Translations under genes and position numbers: made by a program
From: an uncultured virus (IMG/VR IMGVR_UViG_3300025736_000015)
Lineage: Duplodnaviria > Heunggongvirae > Uroviricota > Caudoviricetes
Length of the DNA stretch: 64,000 nucleotides
Reading direction: 5' to 3' (one strand)
Virus record (IMG/VR): IMGVR_UViG_3300025736_000015
Notes under the pieces: model-generated
What the model saw: the letters and a program-made list of their open reading frames with translations, nothing else
What the model was told of the DNA's origin: nothing
Database searches by the model: none
Part shown: piece by piece, positions 55,763 through 64,000 of the stretch
Layout of the letters: each line of letters opens with the position of its first letter
Position numbering within the stretch: position 1 is the first letter of the stretch

Positions 55763-57061
55763 ATGTTAGATGATTTTATTTTTGGAACTGCAACCTCTGC
55801 ATATCAAATAGAGGGAGCATGGAATCAGGATGGAAAAGTACCAAGTCTTTGGGATGAAATAAGCCATGGAAATAAAGTGTGGACGGTACAAAATAAGCAT
55901 ACTGGCGATATAGCCTGCAATCATTACAATGAATATGAGTATGATGTAGAGATTATGAAACAGTTGGGGATACAGGCATATCGGTTTAGCATTAGCTGGA
56001 GTCGTATATGTACACAGGACTGCGTGTGTTCTAATTTGAAGGGGATAGAATTTTATAGGAAACTAGTAGCTAAGTTAAAAGAAGCAGGTATAGAACCTTT
56101 TGTGACTTTATATCATTGGGACCTTCCCAAATGGCTTGATGATATTGGTGGATGGAGCAATCCTAAAAGCATTGATTATTTCAAATGTTATGCTGAGACA
56201 ATGTTTAATGCACTTCCCGATGTAAAACATTGGATTACGTTTAATGAACCAGCTGTTTTTGTAAGTAATTTTTGGGGACATAGGAATAAGCAGGAGGCAA
56301 CACGTAATGTACTTCTTGCTCATGGTAAAACAGTCCAGCTGTTCAGAAAAAATAATGATGGGAAAATTGGCATCAGTCTTAATCTTATGCCTATTTATCC
56401 ATATCACATAGACAATGAGCTAGATAAACAGTTTGCAAAAAATATTGATGATAATCATAACCGGATATGGCTTGACCCAATTTTTAAAGGTAAAATACCA
56501 TCTTCATTAAAAACTGATATATTGACTTTTTCTAAAAAGGAACAAAAAATAGTTAGTACGCCTATTGATTTTATTGGTGTAAATTATTACACAGGCATTA
56601 CTATCCGTCACAACGAATCCAAAAAATTAGGATATGAACAAGTATCTGGCCATTACGCTACAGATAATATGGGTGTAGAAATTAGACCGACTGGGCTTTA
56701 TGATTTGTTAACAATATTAAAAGAAGAATATAACAACCCAGAAATGTATATTACTGAGAATGGTTGTGCTCTTCCAGATGTTCTTGGACATGATGGTAGG
56801 GTGCATGATGAAAAAAGAATAAAATATATTCGTGAACATCTTAAAGCTTGTATTGTTTCTATTGATGATGATATAAATCTCAAGGGATATTTTTATTGGA
56901 GTTTTATGGATAATTTTGAATGGCTTTATGGTTATAACAAAAAATTTGGTCTATTAAGTATGTTTTGGCCTAATCAAAGTCGAGTCTGCAAAGATAGTTT
57001 TTTCTGGTATAAAAAGATTATAAAAAATAAAGAATTTCGTAATGATGAATTAGGAGAATAA
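55763..57061 (+). CDS. Glycoside hydrolase family 1 (beta-glucosidase-like)
   Basis: FIFGTATSAYQIEG, YRFSISWSRI, TLYHWDLP, TFNEP, YITENG, DNFEW. Confidence 0.95.
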   Translation: MLDDFIFGTATSAYQIEGAWNQDGKVPSLWDEISHGNKVWTVQNKHTGDIACNHYNEYEYDVEIMKQLGIQAYRFSISWSRICTQDCVCSNLKGIEFYRKLVAKLKEAGIEPFVTLYHWDLPKWLDDIGGWSNPKSIDYFKCYAETMFNALPDVKHWITFNEPAVFVSNFWGHRNKQEATRNVLLAHGKTVQLFRKNNDGKIGISLNLMPIYPYHIDNELDKQFAKNIDDNHNRIWLDPIFKGKIPSSLKTDILTFSKKEQKIVSTPIDFIGVNYYTGITIRHNESKKLGYEQVSGHYATDNMGVEIRPTGLYDLLTILKEEYNNPEMYITENGCALPDVLGHDGRVHDEKRIKYIREHLKACIVSIDDDINLKGYFYWSFMDNFEWLYGYNKKFGLLSMFWPNQSRVCKDSFFWYKKIIKNKEFRNDELGE

Positions 57062-57066
57062 ACAAA

Positions 57067-57333
57067 ATGAAATTAACGAATAAAGAATTTATTAGGCTTC
57101 AGAAGGAAACGCATCTGTTTGAGCATGGTTTTTATGATGAAGAAATAAAAATATGGTATTTTTCAAAAGCATATGAAAAAAAAGCAAGTGGATTTGGTGA
57201 ACATCATGTGACGCCATTCGGTGCAGAACATGGTAGTGTGTTTTCTAAAAATGATAGACCACATATAAAAAGGCTATGGTTTAGAGAAAAATTTCCTGAG
57301 TTTTTTGAGGAGGATAAACAAAATGAAACTTAG
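57067..57333 (+). CDS. Hypothetical protein, paralog of 53068
   Basis: RLQKETHLFEHGFYD...WFREKFPEFFEEDK. Confidence 0.7.
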   Translation: MKLTNKEFIRLQKETHLFEHGFYDEEIKIWYFSKAYEKKASGFGEHHVTPFGAEHGSVFSKNDRPHIKRLWFREKFPEFFEEDKQNET

Positions 57334-57565
57334 AAGCAAAGAAGTCATAATTAATGATGAGATAAATATTCCAAAAGATGCAATAATACATACAGAGAAA
57401 ATTACATTATTTAAAGATTCCGCCAAGTATGATGCTCTCCGCATATATTATCTTGAAAAACAAGCTATGTGTATGAATTGTGGCCAACTTGTTGAAATAG
57501 TTGACCATAAACTAAAATCAGTTCCATGTCCAAATCCAAAATGTAAAAAGGAGATAGTTTTATGA
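57323..57565 (+). CDS. Zn-ribbon protein
   Basis: CMNCG ... CPNPKC. Confidence 0.6.
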   Translation: MKLRSKEVIINDEINIPKDAIIHTEKITLFKDSAKYDALRIYYLEKQAMCMNCGQLVEIVDHKLKSVPCPNPKCKKEIVL

Positions 57566-59007
57566 ACATATCAGTAGTAGGATTAGGAAAAATAGGAAGC
57601 TGTATACTTGCTACACTTGCATCAAAAGGATTCAAAGTAGTAGGAATAGACATAAACAAAGACGTAGTAAAAAAAATAAACAGTGGGGAAGCACCATATT
57701 ATGAGCCAGGTCTAGACAAACTTCTTAAAAAATATGAAAAAAATATTTTTGCAACGACAAATCATGAAAGAATACTTGATACTGATTTAACAATTATTAT
57801 GGTTCAGACACCAAGTCTTCCTGATGGTAGCTTTTCAACTGAATATGTTGAGAAAGCTGTTCTTGAAGTAGGACGAGTTATACCACATAGCAAGGACTAT
57901 CATAATATCATCATTACAAGTACTGTTCTACCAGGTATGATGGAGAATAAAATAAAACCATTACTTGAACAATGTACAAATAGAAAAGTAAGTCCTATTT
58001 TAGTAGATGTAGATATGGATATTCCTAATGGAAAAGGTGGATTAGTTTCAAAATCGGTAACTAAAAAATCTATAGGGCTATGCTATGTACCAGAATTTAT
58101 TGCTCTTGGTTCAATTATTGAAAATCTTCTTAATCCTGATTTTATAGTAATAGGTGAATCAGATAAAAAAGCAGGTGATATGGTGGAAGTAATGTACAGA
58201 AAATTACTTGGCGAACCAGTAACAGATTCAATGGGGTCTGAAGTGCCAGGATTTATTGAGTGTAAAACACCTATTCATCGTATGTCCATTGTTAATGCAG
58301 AACTTGCAAAAATAGCATTAAATGTTTATATAACCATGAAAATAAGTTTTGCTAATACCATCGCAGAAATATGTGAACATATGCCTACAGGCAATGCAGA
58401 AGATGTATTGAATGCGATAGGGTCAGATACACGTATAGGGACAAAGTTTTTACATCCAGGTCTTAGTTATGGCGGAACCTGTTTCCCACGTGACAACAAG
58501 GCATTTAAAGTTATTGCAGATAAGTATAAATCACAGGATTTCCTTTCACAAATGGCGGAGGTTGTTAACATCCAACAAATAAATAGAATGGTTACAATAA
58601 TACTGCAAGCCCTTTCATATGCAGGTACAAATAAATTATCAGTTTTAGGTCTTACATATAAACCAGATACAAATTTAACAGTGGAATCAGCATCATTAAA
58701 AATAATAGAGAAACTAAGTGAAGAAGGAATTTATATAGATGTTTATGACCCAGCAATAAAACAGGGCTTTGATGATTTGCCATTGACTTCAAATGTGACT
58801 TTTTGTGATTCAGTAGAAAAATGTATATTAGATAAAAGTGTTGTATTTATAGCAACACCTTGGAATGAATTTAAAGAACTCAAAGCAGAGTTTTTTATTC
58901 AATATATGAAAGAAAAACCAACAATAGTAGATGGATGGGGAATACAACGACAACTTAGAAACCATCCTGAAATAATCTACCAACAAATAGGAGTAAATCG
59001 TATATGA
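57562..59007 (+). CDS. ugd: UDP-glucose/GDP-mannose dehydrogenase family protein
   Basis: VVGLGKIG, TSTV.PG, PEF, AELAK, YGGTCFPRD, LGLTYKPDT. Confidence 0.9.
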   Translation: MNISVVGLGKIGSCILATLASKGFKVVGIDINKDVVKKINSGEAPYYEPGLDKLLKKYEKNIFATTNHERILDTDLTIIMVQTPSLPDGSFSTEYVEKAVLEVGRVIPHSKDYHNIIITSTVLPGMMENKIKPLLEQCTNRKVSPILVDVDMDIPNGKGGLVSKSVTKKSIGLCYVPEFIALGSIIENLLNPDFIVIGESDKKAGDMVEVMYRKLLGEPVTDSMGSEVPGFIECKTPIHRMSIVNAELAKIALNVYITMKISFANTIAEICEHMPTGNAEDVLNAIGSDTRIGTKFLHPGLSYGGTCFPRDNKAFKVIADKYKSQDFLSQMAEVVNIQQINRMVTIILQALSYAGTNKLSVLGLTYKPDTNLTVESASLKIIEKLSEEGIYIDVYDPAIKQGFDDLPLTSNVTFCDSVEKCILDKSVVFIATPWNEFKELKAEFFIQYMKEKPTIVDGWGIQRQLRNHPEIIYQQIGVNRI

Positions 59008-59987
59008 AAGTACTGATAACAGGGATAACAGGCCAAGATGGTTCATATCTAGCTGAATTATTGTTTAAAAAAGGATATGAGGTTTATGGTATTGTCAGAA
59101 GAGGAAGCACCATAATGACTTCACGAATAGACCATCTTATTTTTCCAGAAGAAAAAATACATGTAGAATTTGGTGACCTTTCAGATACTAATTCAATAGT
59201 GAAACTTCTCAAAGAAATAGAGCCAGATGAAATTTATAATATGGGTAGCATGAGCCAGGTGAGAGTAAGTTTTGATATACCTGAATACACCGGACAAGTA
59301 ACAGGATTAGGTGTAACAAGGATACTTGAGGCATTAAGAACACTAAACATGAAAAAAACAAGATTTTATCAAGCAAGCAGTAGCGAAATGTATGGTATTT
59401 CTCCAGCACCACAGAATGAAAATACACCTTTCAAACCAGTATCGCCATATGGATGTGCAAAACTCTATGGTTATCATATGACACAAATCTATAGAACGGG
59501 TTATGGCATGTTTGCTTGTAATGGTATATTATTTAATCATGAAAGCCCAAGACGTGGAGAGACATTTGTAACAAAAAAAATAATACGTGGTGCTATCAGA
59601 ATTAAGCTTGGTTTGCAACAGGAATTAAAACTTGGAAATCTTAATTCTATGAGGGATTGGGGATTTGCAGGTGATTATATGGATGCAATCTATAAAATAA
59701 TGCATCATGATTATCCTGATGATTTTGTTGTGGCAACAGAAGATTATCATTCAATACAAGAATTTCTTACAATAGTTTTTGGTAAATTGAATATAGATGT
59801 AAATGAGCACGTAAAAATTAATAGTATATATTATAGACCAAATGAAGTGCCAGAGCTTCGTGGAGATGCATCAAAAATACGAGATGTATTGGGATGGAAA
59901 CCAAAGGTTAATTTCAAACAACTAATAGATATGATGATAGATAGTGTTATGAAAGAAGAAAAAAACAACCTAAAACTTTTAGAATAA
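59004..59987 (+). CDS. gmd: GDP-mannose 4,6-dehydratase
   Basis: ITGITGQDGSYLAE, FYQASSSEMYG, SPYGCAK, NHESPRRGETFVTKKI, RDWG. Confidence 0.95.
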   Translation: MKVLITGITGQDGSYLAELLFKKGYEVYGIVRRGSTIMTSRIDHLIFPEEKIHVEFGDLSDTNSIVKLLKEIEPDEIYNMGSMSQVRVSFDIPEYTGQVTGLGVTRILEALRTLNMKKTRFYQASSSEMYGISPAPQNENTPFKPVSPYGCAKLYGYHMTQIYRTGYGMFACNGILFNHESPRRGETFVTKKIIRGAIRIKLGLQQELKLGNLNSMRDWGFAGDYMDAIYKIMHHDYPDDFVVATEDYHSIQEFLTIVFGKLNIDVNEHVKINSIYYRPNEVPELRGDASKIRDVLGWKPKVNFKQLIDMMIDSVMKEEKNNLKLLE

Positions 59988-60002
59988 AGTTTATAAGCAA
60001 AC

Positions 60003-60015
60003 TGTCAATATGTCA
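60003..60015 (+). promoter_or_regulatory. TGWCA-N3-TGWCA box downstream of TTTATAAG, overlapping the start
   Basis: TGTCA-ATA-TGTCA. Confidence 0.75.
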
Positions 60016-60456
60016 ATGGATGTTATGTTGAAATATAAAGTTGTTAATGAAGATGAAAGAGGAGAGATAAGCGTTCTTTTTGAACCTGAAGATGAAGACA
60101 AGAAAGACATAGCTATCCTCCGTACAAACAGAGGCTTTGCCAGGGGCGGATGCGTTCACAATATTAATAATGAAATATGCATTGTTATAAAAGGAATAAT
60201 ACAATATTATACTGATACAGACTTGGATAAACCGTTCTCCTCAACCTTTCTGAAACATAAATTAGAAAAAGGGGATAAAATATTAGTTGAAAAAAATACA
60301 GTACATTACTACATTTCATTAACTGATTCAATTGTTATAGAATGGGGTGCGACTCTTCCAGAGAAACTTGAAAAACATCCTGAGACCAGGAAAATTGTTG
60401 AGATGATAAATAAGAAGATGGAGGAAAAAAAGCATGAAAAAAATAAATCAACTTGA
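60010..60456 (+). CDS. Cupin-fold sugar isomerase/epimerase-like protein
   Basis: DERG, RGG.VH...E.....KG, GD.......VH. Confidence 0.75.
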   Translation: MSMDVMLKYKVVNEDERGEISVLFEPEDEDKKDIAILRTNRGFARGGCVHNINNEICIVIKGIIQYYTDTDLDKPFSSTFLKHKLEKGDKILVEKNTVHYYISLTDSIVIEWGATLPEKLEKHPETRKIVEMINKKMEEKKHEKNKST

Positions 60457-61519
60457 GCCATATATAGGCGAAGAAGAATTAGAAAATCTTACAGAAGCAA
60501 TTAACAATAAATGGATAACGGAAGGCCCGTTTAGTAAGGAATTTATCCAAAAATTTAAAGGAATAACAGGTGCAAAACATGTGTTGCTTGTTCCTAATGG
60601 CACAATGGCTATTTATCTAAGTCTTGTAGGCTTGGATTTGCAAGCTAAAGATGAAGTATTGATTCCAGATTTTACATTTAATGCTTCTGCAAGTCCGGTA
60701 AGGTTTCTTAATGCCAAGCCTGTTTTTGTAGATGTAAATGAAGATGATTTCAATATAAACATCAGTAAAATAGAGAAAGCTATCACGGTTCGTACAAAAA
60801 TCATAATGCCCGTTCATATTTATGGCCAATGTTGTGATATGGACCCAATAATGGAATTAGCTGAAAAATATGACCTGCGGGTTCTTGAAGATGCAGCTGA
60901 ATCATTTGGTGCATTCTACAAAGGTAAACATTCAGGAACAATAGGGGACATTGGAGTTTTTAGTTTTTATGCTGATAAAACAATAACACTTGGCGAGGGT
61001 GGGGCTATAGTTACAAATGATGATGACCTTGAATTGAAATTACGGATTATGCGTAATTTTGGACGTGAAAAAAAAGGGACATTTAAACATCCGCATCAAG
61101 GGATGAATTTTAAGATAACTGACCTTCAGTGTGCAGTTGGTTGTGCTCAGCTTGATAAATTTGATGAGATACACAACAAAAAGATTGAGAATTTCGCTCT
61201 TTATAAAAAATTTCTAAAGGATGTAGATGTTACATTTATAAGAGAAAATCCTTTTTCTACTTTTCTTCCATTTCGTGTGCCAATACGTGTTAAAGATAAG
61301 AAAAGAGTAATCAAACATCTTGAAGATAATAGTGTAGAAACTCGTGAAATGTTTTATCCATTGCATCGTCAGCCGTGTTGGGAATATCTTGAATATAAAA
61401 AAGATGATTTTCCAGTTGCTAACAAGATTTTTAATGAAGGAATATGTTTACCAGTCTATCCTGGTCTTAAACCTGATGAGATTGAATATATCTGCGATAA
61501 AATAAAAGAGGCAGTATAA
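60434..61519 (+). CDS. DegT/DnrJ/EryC1/StrS aminotransferase (perosamine synthase/PseC-like)
   Basis: NGT.A, MPVHIYG, LEDAAES, FSFYADKTIT.GEGG. Confidence 0.95.
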   Translation: MKKINQLEPYIGEEELENLTEAINNKWITEGPFSKEFIQKFKGITGAKHVLLVPNGTMAIYLSLVGLDLQAKDEVLIPDFTFNASASPVRFLNAKPVFVDVNEDDFNINISKIEKAITVRTKIIMPVHIYGQCCDMDPIMELAEKYDLRVLEDAAESFGAFYKGKHSGTIGDIGVFSFYADKTITLGEGGAIVTNDDDLELKLRIMRNFGREKKGTFKHPHQGMNFKITDLQCAVGCAQLDKFDEIHNKKIENFALYKKFLKDVDVTFIRENPFSTFLPFRVPIRVKDKKRVIKHLEDNSVETREMFYPLHRQPCWEYLEYKKDDFPVANKIFNEGICLPVYPGLKPDEIEYICDKIKEAV

Positions 61520-61672
61520 TGAAGATAGATGGGAGGGAAGTAACTGGATTTGCAGCCTATGGCCCAGATTCAAAAGAATTTGCAGACCCAACGGATGAGT
61601 ATGATTGTATTATTGATAAATGGATTGCAGAAGGCAAAATGAGAGGAGAATATCAAAGATTGTGATTGACAG

Positions 61673-61894
61673 ATGAAATTTGAAATTAAACTATATCTTG
61701 GAAGTAAAAAAGTATGCGAAGGGATAATTGATGCTGGGATGATGGATATTCCAGGACCCAAAGGCAATACAGGTACACAGATAGGAGAGTTTACAGTGAA
61801 ATGGAAAATGCTAGATACCAAAGAAAACAAGAAAAAACAAAAAGAATTCATCAAGCAATATCCCACGCCAGAATCATTTTATGGAGGCAATTGA
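61673..61894 (+). CDS. Hypothetical protein
   Basis: 73-aa ORF in operon. Confidence 0.5.
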   Translation: MKFEIKLYLGSKKVCEGIIDAGMMDIPGPKGNTGTQIGEFTVKWKMLDTKENKKKQKEFIKQYPTPESFYGGN

Positions 61895-61998
61895 TTGAGA
61901 CGCAGAAGACAAATATCAGAAAAAGAAGCATATATAGTGGCAATAGTTTTTGTTGTTACAGTATCTTGCTGGGCTATACTTGCATGGTGTGGTAAACT

Positions 61999-62550
61999 AT
62001 GATTAAGCTTCATCTTGGTTGTGGAAAAAAACATCTATATGATTTTATACATATAGATATTCAGGATATGGGCGAAGAAGAATACATACTTGATTATGAA
62101 AAAGACGTAACTGATTTAGGAGGATTATACGAAGACAAGTCAGTTGATGAAATTTATGCTAGTCATGTTTTAGACCATCTCTCACGAAATACGGAACTAG
62201 ACAAGGCATTGTCTGAGTGGTATAGAGTTTTGAAGCCAGGAGGCATCCTACGTGTTGCTGTGAGTGATTTTGGTAAAGTAGTCGATATGTACAATGAAGG
62301 TCTTGACTTAGAACGACTTTGGGGACATATTGTTGGAGGGCATAAGAAACAATATGACAAGCACGGATGCGTATTTGATTACAAATTATTGAAACGTTAT
62401 CTTGAAAAACATGGTTTTAAAGACATTAAACGATATAGATGGCAGGATTTTCTTCCAGATAGTTTCGATGATTTATCCAGAGCATATATCCCTCATTTAG
62501 ATTTTGAAAATGGAATATTAATGAGTCTAAACGTGGAGGCAACCAAATAG
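61999..62550 (+). CDS. Class I SAM methyltransferase
   Basis: KLHLGCG, IYASHVLDH, W.RVLKPGG.LR.AV.D. Confidence 0.9.
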   Translation: MIKLHLGCGKKHLYDFIHIDIQDMGEEEYILDYEKDVTDLGGLYEDKSVDEIYASHVLDHLSRNTELDKALSEWYRVLKPGGILRVAVSDFGKVVDMYNEGLDLERLWGHIVGGHKKQYDKHGCVFDYKLLKRYLEKHGFKDIKRYRWQDFLPDSFDDLSRAYIPHLDFENGILMSLNVEATK

Positions 62551-63978
62551 ATGTTTACTATTTTCACAATCTGTGCACCATTTAAAGAAAAAGGATTACT
62601 ACAAAGAAATGCCATAAAAAGCTGGCTTAATCTAGAACCAAAACCAGAAATATTTATAATGGGTGGCAAAGAACAAGGAATAAAAGAAATAGCAGAAGAG
62701 TTTGATTTAAAAGTATTAGAATGTGAAGTTAATGAAGATGGCGTTCCATTAACAAACTCAATGTTTCAAACAGCACAAAAACATGCAAAAAATGATATAC
62801 TCTGCTTTATAAATAGCGATATACTTCTCTATCAAAATTTCATAGAAGGCATATATCTTATAAAAAAACAACAGTTCAAAGAATATGTAGCAGTTGGACA
62901 AAGACATGATGTAAATGTAGACTATGAAGTAACATCAGAGATGCTTGAAAATTTTTATACAATTGCGTCAAAAGGAAAAATGCATGGTGATGGAGCAACA
63001 GATTACTTTATTTTTCCTAAAACGTTTGATTGGTCACATATGCCACCATTTGACTCAGTTAGAATAGCATGGGATACATGGATATGTTTAGATACCAAAA
63101 AACGTAAACTACCTCTTATTGATTGTACAAACATTATAAAAATAGTTCATCAAAACCATGAAAGACCATGGGCAAAAGATATGAATGTTATTGGTTCAGA
63201 GAATCAAAAGAAAAATAATATGAATGTATTTCTAGCTGGAAAAGACTACCATGATGCAAAATATAAAGGACTAAAAAAAGAAGCAACACACGTACTTACA
63301 AAACTGCATATAAGCGATAAAATAATAAAAACACGTGAGTTTTTTAAAGATGCTTGGGCGTATCAAGACATAAAAAACATGGTGAAGTTAGAACAACCAA
63401 TAATAGTAGATGGTGGGGCATGTGTTGGTGATACAGTAGACATTTTTAAACAAGCATATCCAAAATCAACAATTTATGCATTTGAAGCAGTTATGGGCCA
63501 AATGGTAAAAGGTAGGTCATTAAATGATATTAGCGTAGGGCACAAAGCCATAAATTGGACAAATATTCGTGTGATACCATTTGCTCTAGGAGAAAAAAAC
63601 AAGTTATCCACAGTTTATATAACTGATAATCCTGAAAATTCATCATTGTTAAAACCAATTACCAAAAAAATATTTAAAACTGATAAAGTAATCATCCTTT
63701 CACTTGATGAATGGACAAAAGCAGAAGGCATAACAAAAATAGATATAGTTAAATTAGACATCCAAGGAAACGAACTAAATGCACTCAAAGGAATGGAACA
63801 TTTTTTGATTACAACAATCAAAGCAATACTTCTTGAAGTTAATTTCCAGAAACAATACGAAAACGTTCCAACATTCTATGATATAGGAGAATATCTAAAT
63901 CGATATGGCTTCAAACTATTCCAAGTATACGAGCCATCATATAAACAAGTTAATGCTCTTTTTATAAAAGATATTTAG
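62551..63978 (+). CDS. GT-A glycosyltransferase fused to FkbM-family methyltransferase
   Basis: QRNAIKSW, CFINSDI, DYFIF; IVDGGACVG, YAFE, IVKLDIQGNE...LKG. Confidence 0.85.
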   Translation: MFTIFTICAPFKEKGLLQRNAIKSWLNLEPKPEIFIMGGKEQGIKEIAEEFDLKVLECEVNEDGVPLTNSMFQTAQKHAKNDILCFINSDILLYQNFIEGIYLIKKQQFKEYVAVGQRHDVNVDYEVTSEMLENFYTIASKGKMHGDGATDYFIFPKTFDWSHMPPFDSVRIAWDTWICLDTKKRKLPLIDCTNIIKIVHQNHERPWAKDMNVIGSENQKKNNMNVFLAGKDYHDAKYKGLKKEATHVLTKLHISDKIIKTREFFKDAWAYQDIKNMVKLEQPIIVDGGACVGDTVDIFKQAYPKSTIYAFEAVMGQMVKGRSLNDISVGHKAINWTNIRVIPFALGEKNKLSTVYITDNPENSSLLKPITKKIFKTDKVIILSLDEWTKAEGITKIDIVKLDIQGNELNALKGMEHFLITTIKAILLEVNFQKQYENVPTFYDIGEYLNRYGFKLFQVYEPSYKQVNALFIKDI

Positions 63979-64000
63979 GGAAAGTTACGGCACATTTTAT

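Larger units (their letters stand above)
1..64000 (+). mobile_element. Probable archaeal virus / large extrachromosomal element genome segment (tailless, membrane-containing type inferred)
   Basis: Dense, mostly unidirectional small ORFs. No housekeeping genes. HNH endonucleases, MT-A70 MTase, RHH regulators, structural-like and glycosylation modules. Archaeal GGTGA SD and TATA boxes. Confidence 0.8.

Noticed and set aside
35536..63978. Ordinary cellular O-antigen/capsule/S-layer glycosylation locus
   Set aside because: Not favoured: no flippase, polymerase or AglB, virus-like micro-ORFs are interspersed, and it shares the TGWCA operator and GATC avoidance with the rest of the window. It cannot be fully excluded without flanking sequence.
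1..64000. tRNA/rRNA genes or an alternative genetic code
   Set aside because: No cloverleaf or T-arm consensus noticed by eye. Known enzyme families translate full-length in the standard code with all three stop codons in use.

Overview
An AT-rich, very densely coding window, almost entirely on the + strand. It looks like a large part of an archaeal virus (or virus-like extrachromosomal element) genome. Signals are archaeal: GGTGA/GGAG Shine-Dalgarno motifs, BRE-TATA promoters and oligo-T terminators. A stand-alone Lrp/AsnC protein suggests a Thermoplasmatota-like host (inference). I saw no ribosomal or housekeeping genes, rRNA, tRNA or CRISPR, and no terminase, portal, HK97 capsid, integrase, polymerase or packaging ATPase. 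Layout: (i) 1-13.7 kb, small early/accessory ORFs, many joined by an identical GGTGATTGATGGATG junction, plus HNH, Lrp, a 788-aa Zn-finger/coiled-coil protein, an MT-A70 methyltransferase and a glutaredoxin-like protein. (ii) 15.3-26.3 kb, a family of modular Cys/Trp-repeat proteins. About 43 'C-x7/8-C-x3/4-C-x-W-x4-C-H' units (42 here plus one at 34.8 kb) are combined with swappable head domains, including two caspase/gingipain-fold proteases, and with one of two anchor types (a TM helix or a dockerin-like module). (iii) 26.8-35.5 kb plus 40.9-43 kb, a putative morphogenesis module: paralogous membrane proteins, candidate single-jelly-roll capsid proteins, Ser-Gly-rich paralogs and two HNH genes. 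(iv) 35.5-64 kb, a ~28-kb glycosylation locus with GT2/GT4/GT10, a Maf-like domain, a near-complete pseudaminic-acid-type pathway, Gmd/Rmd-like, Ugd, DegT, GH1 and many methyltransferases. Genome-wide signals are a TGWCA-N3-TGWCA box at 11 promoter/start regions, a GGTGAAGT(G) leader motif on structural genes, and apparent absence of GATC. All family calls come from motif recognition by eye; no database search was run.
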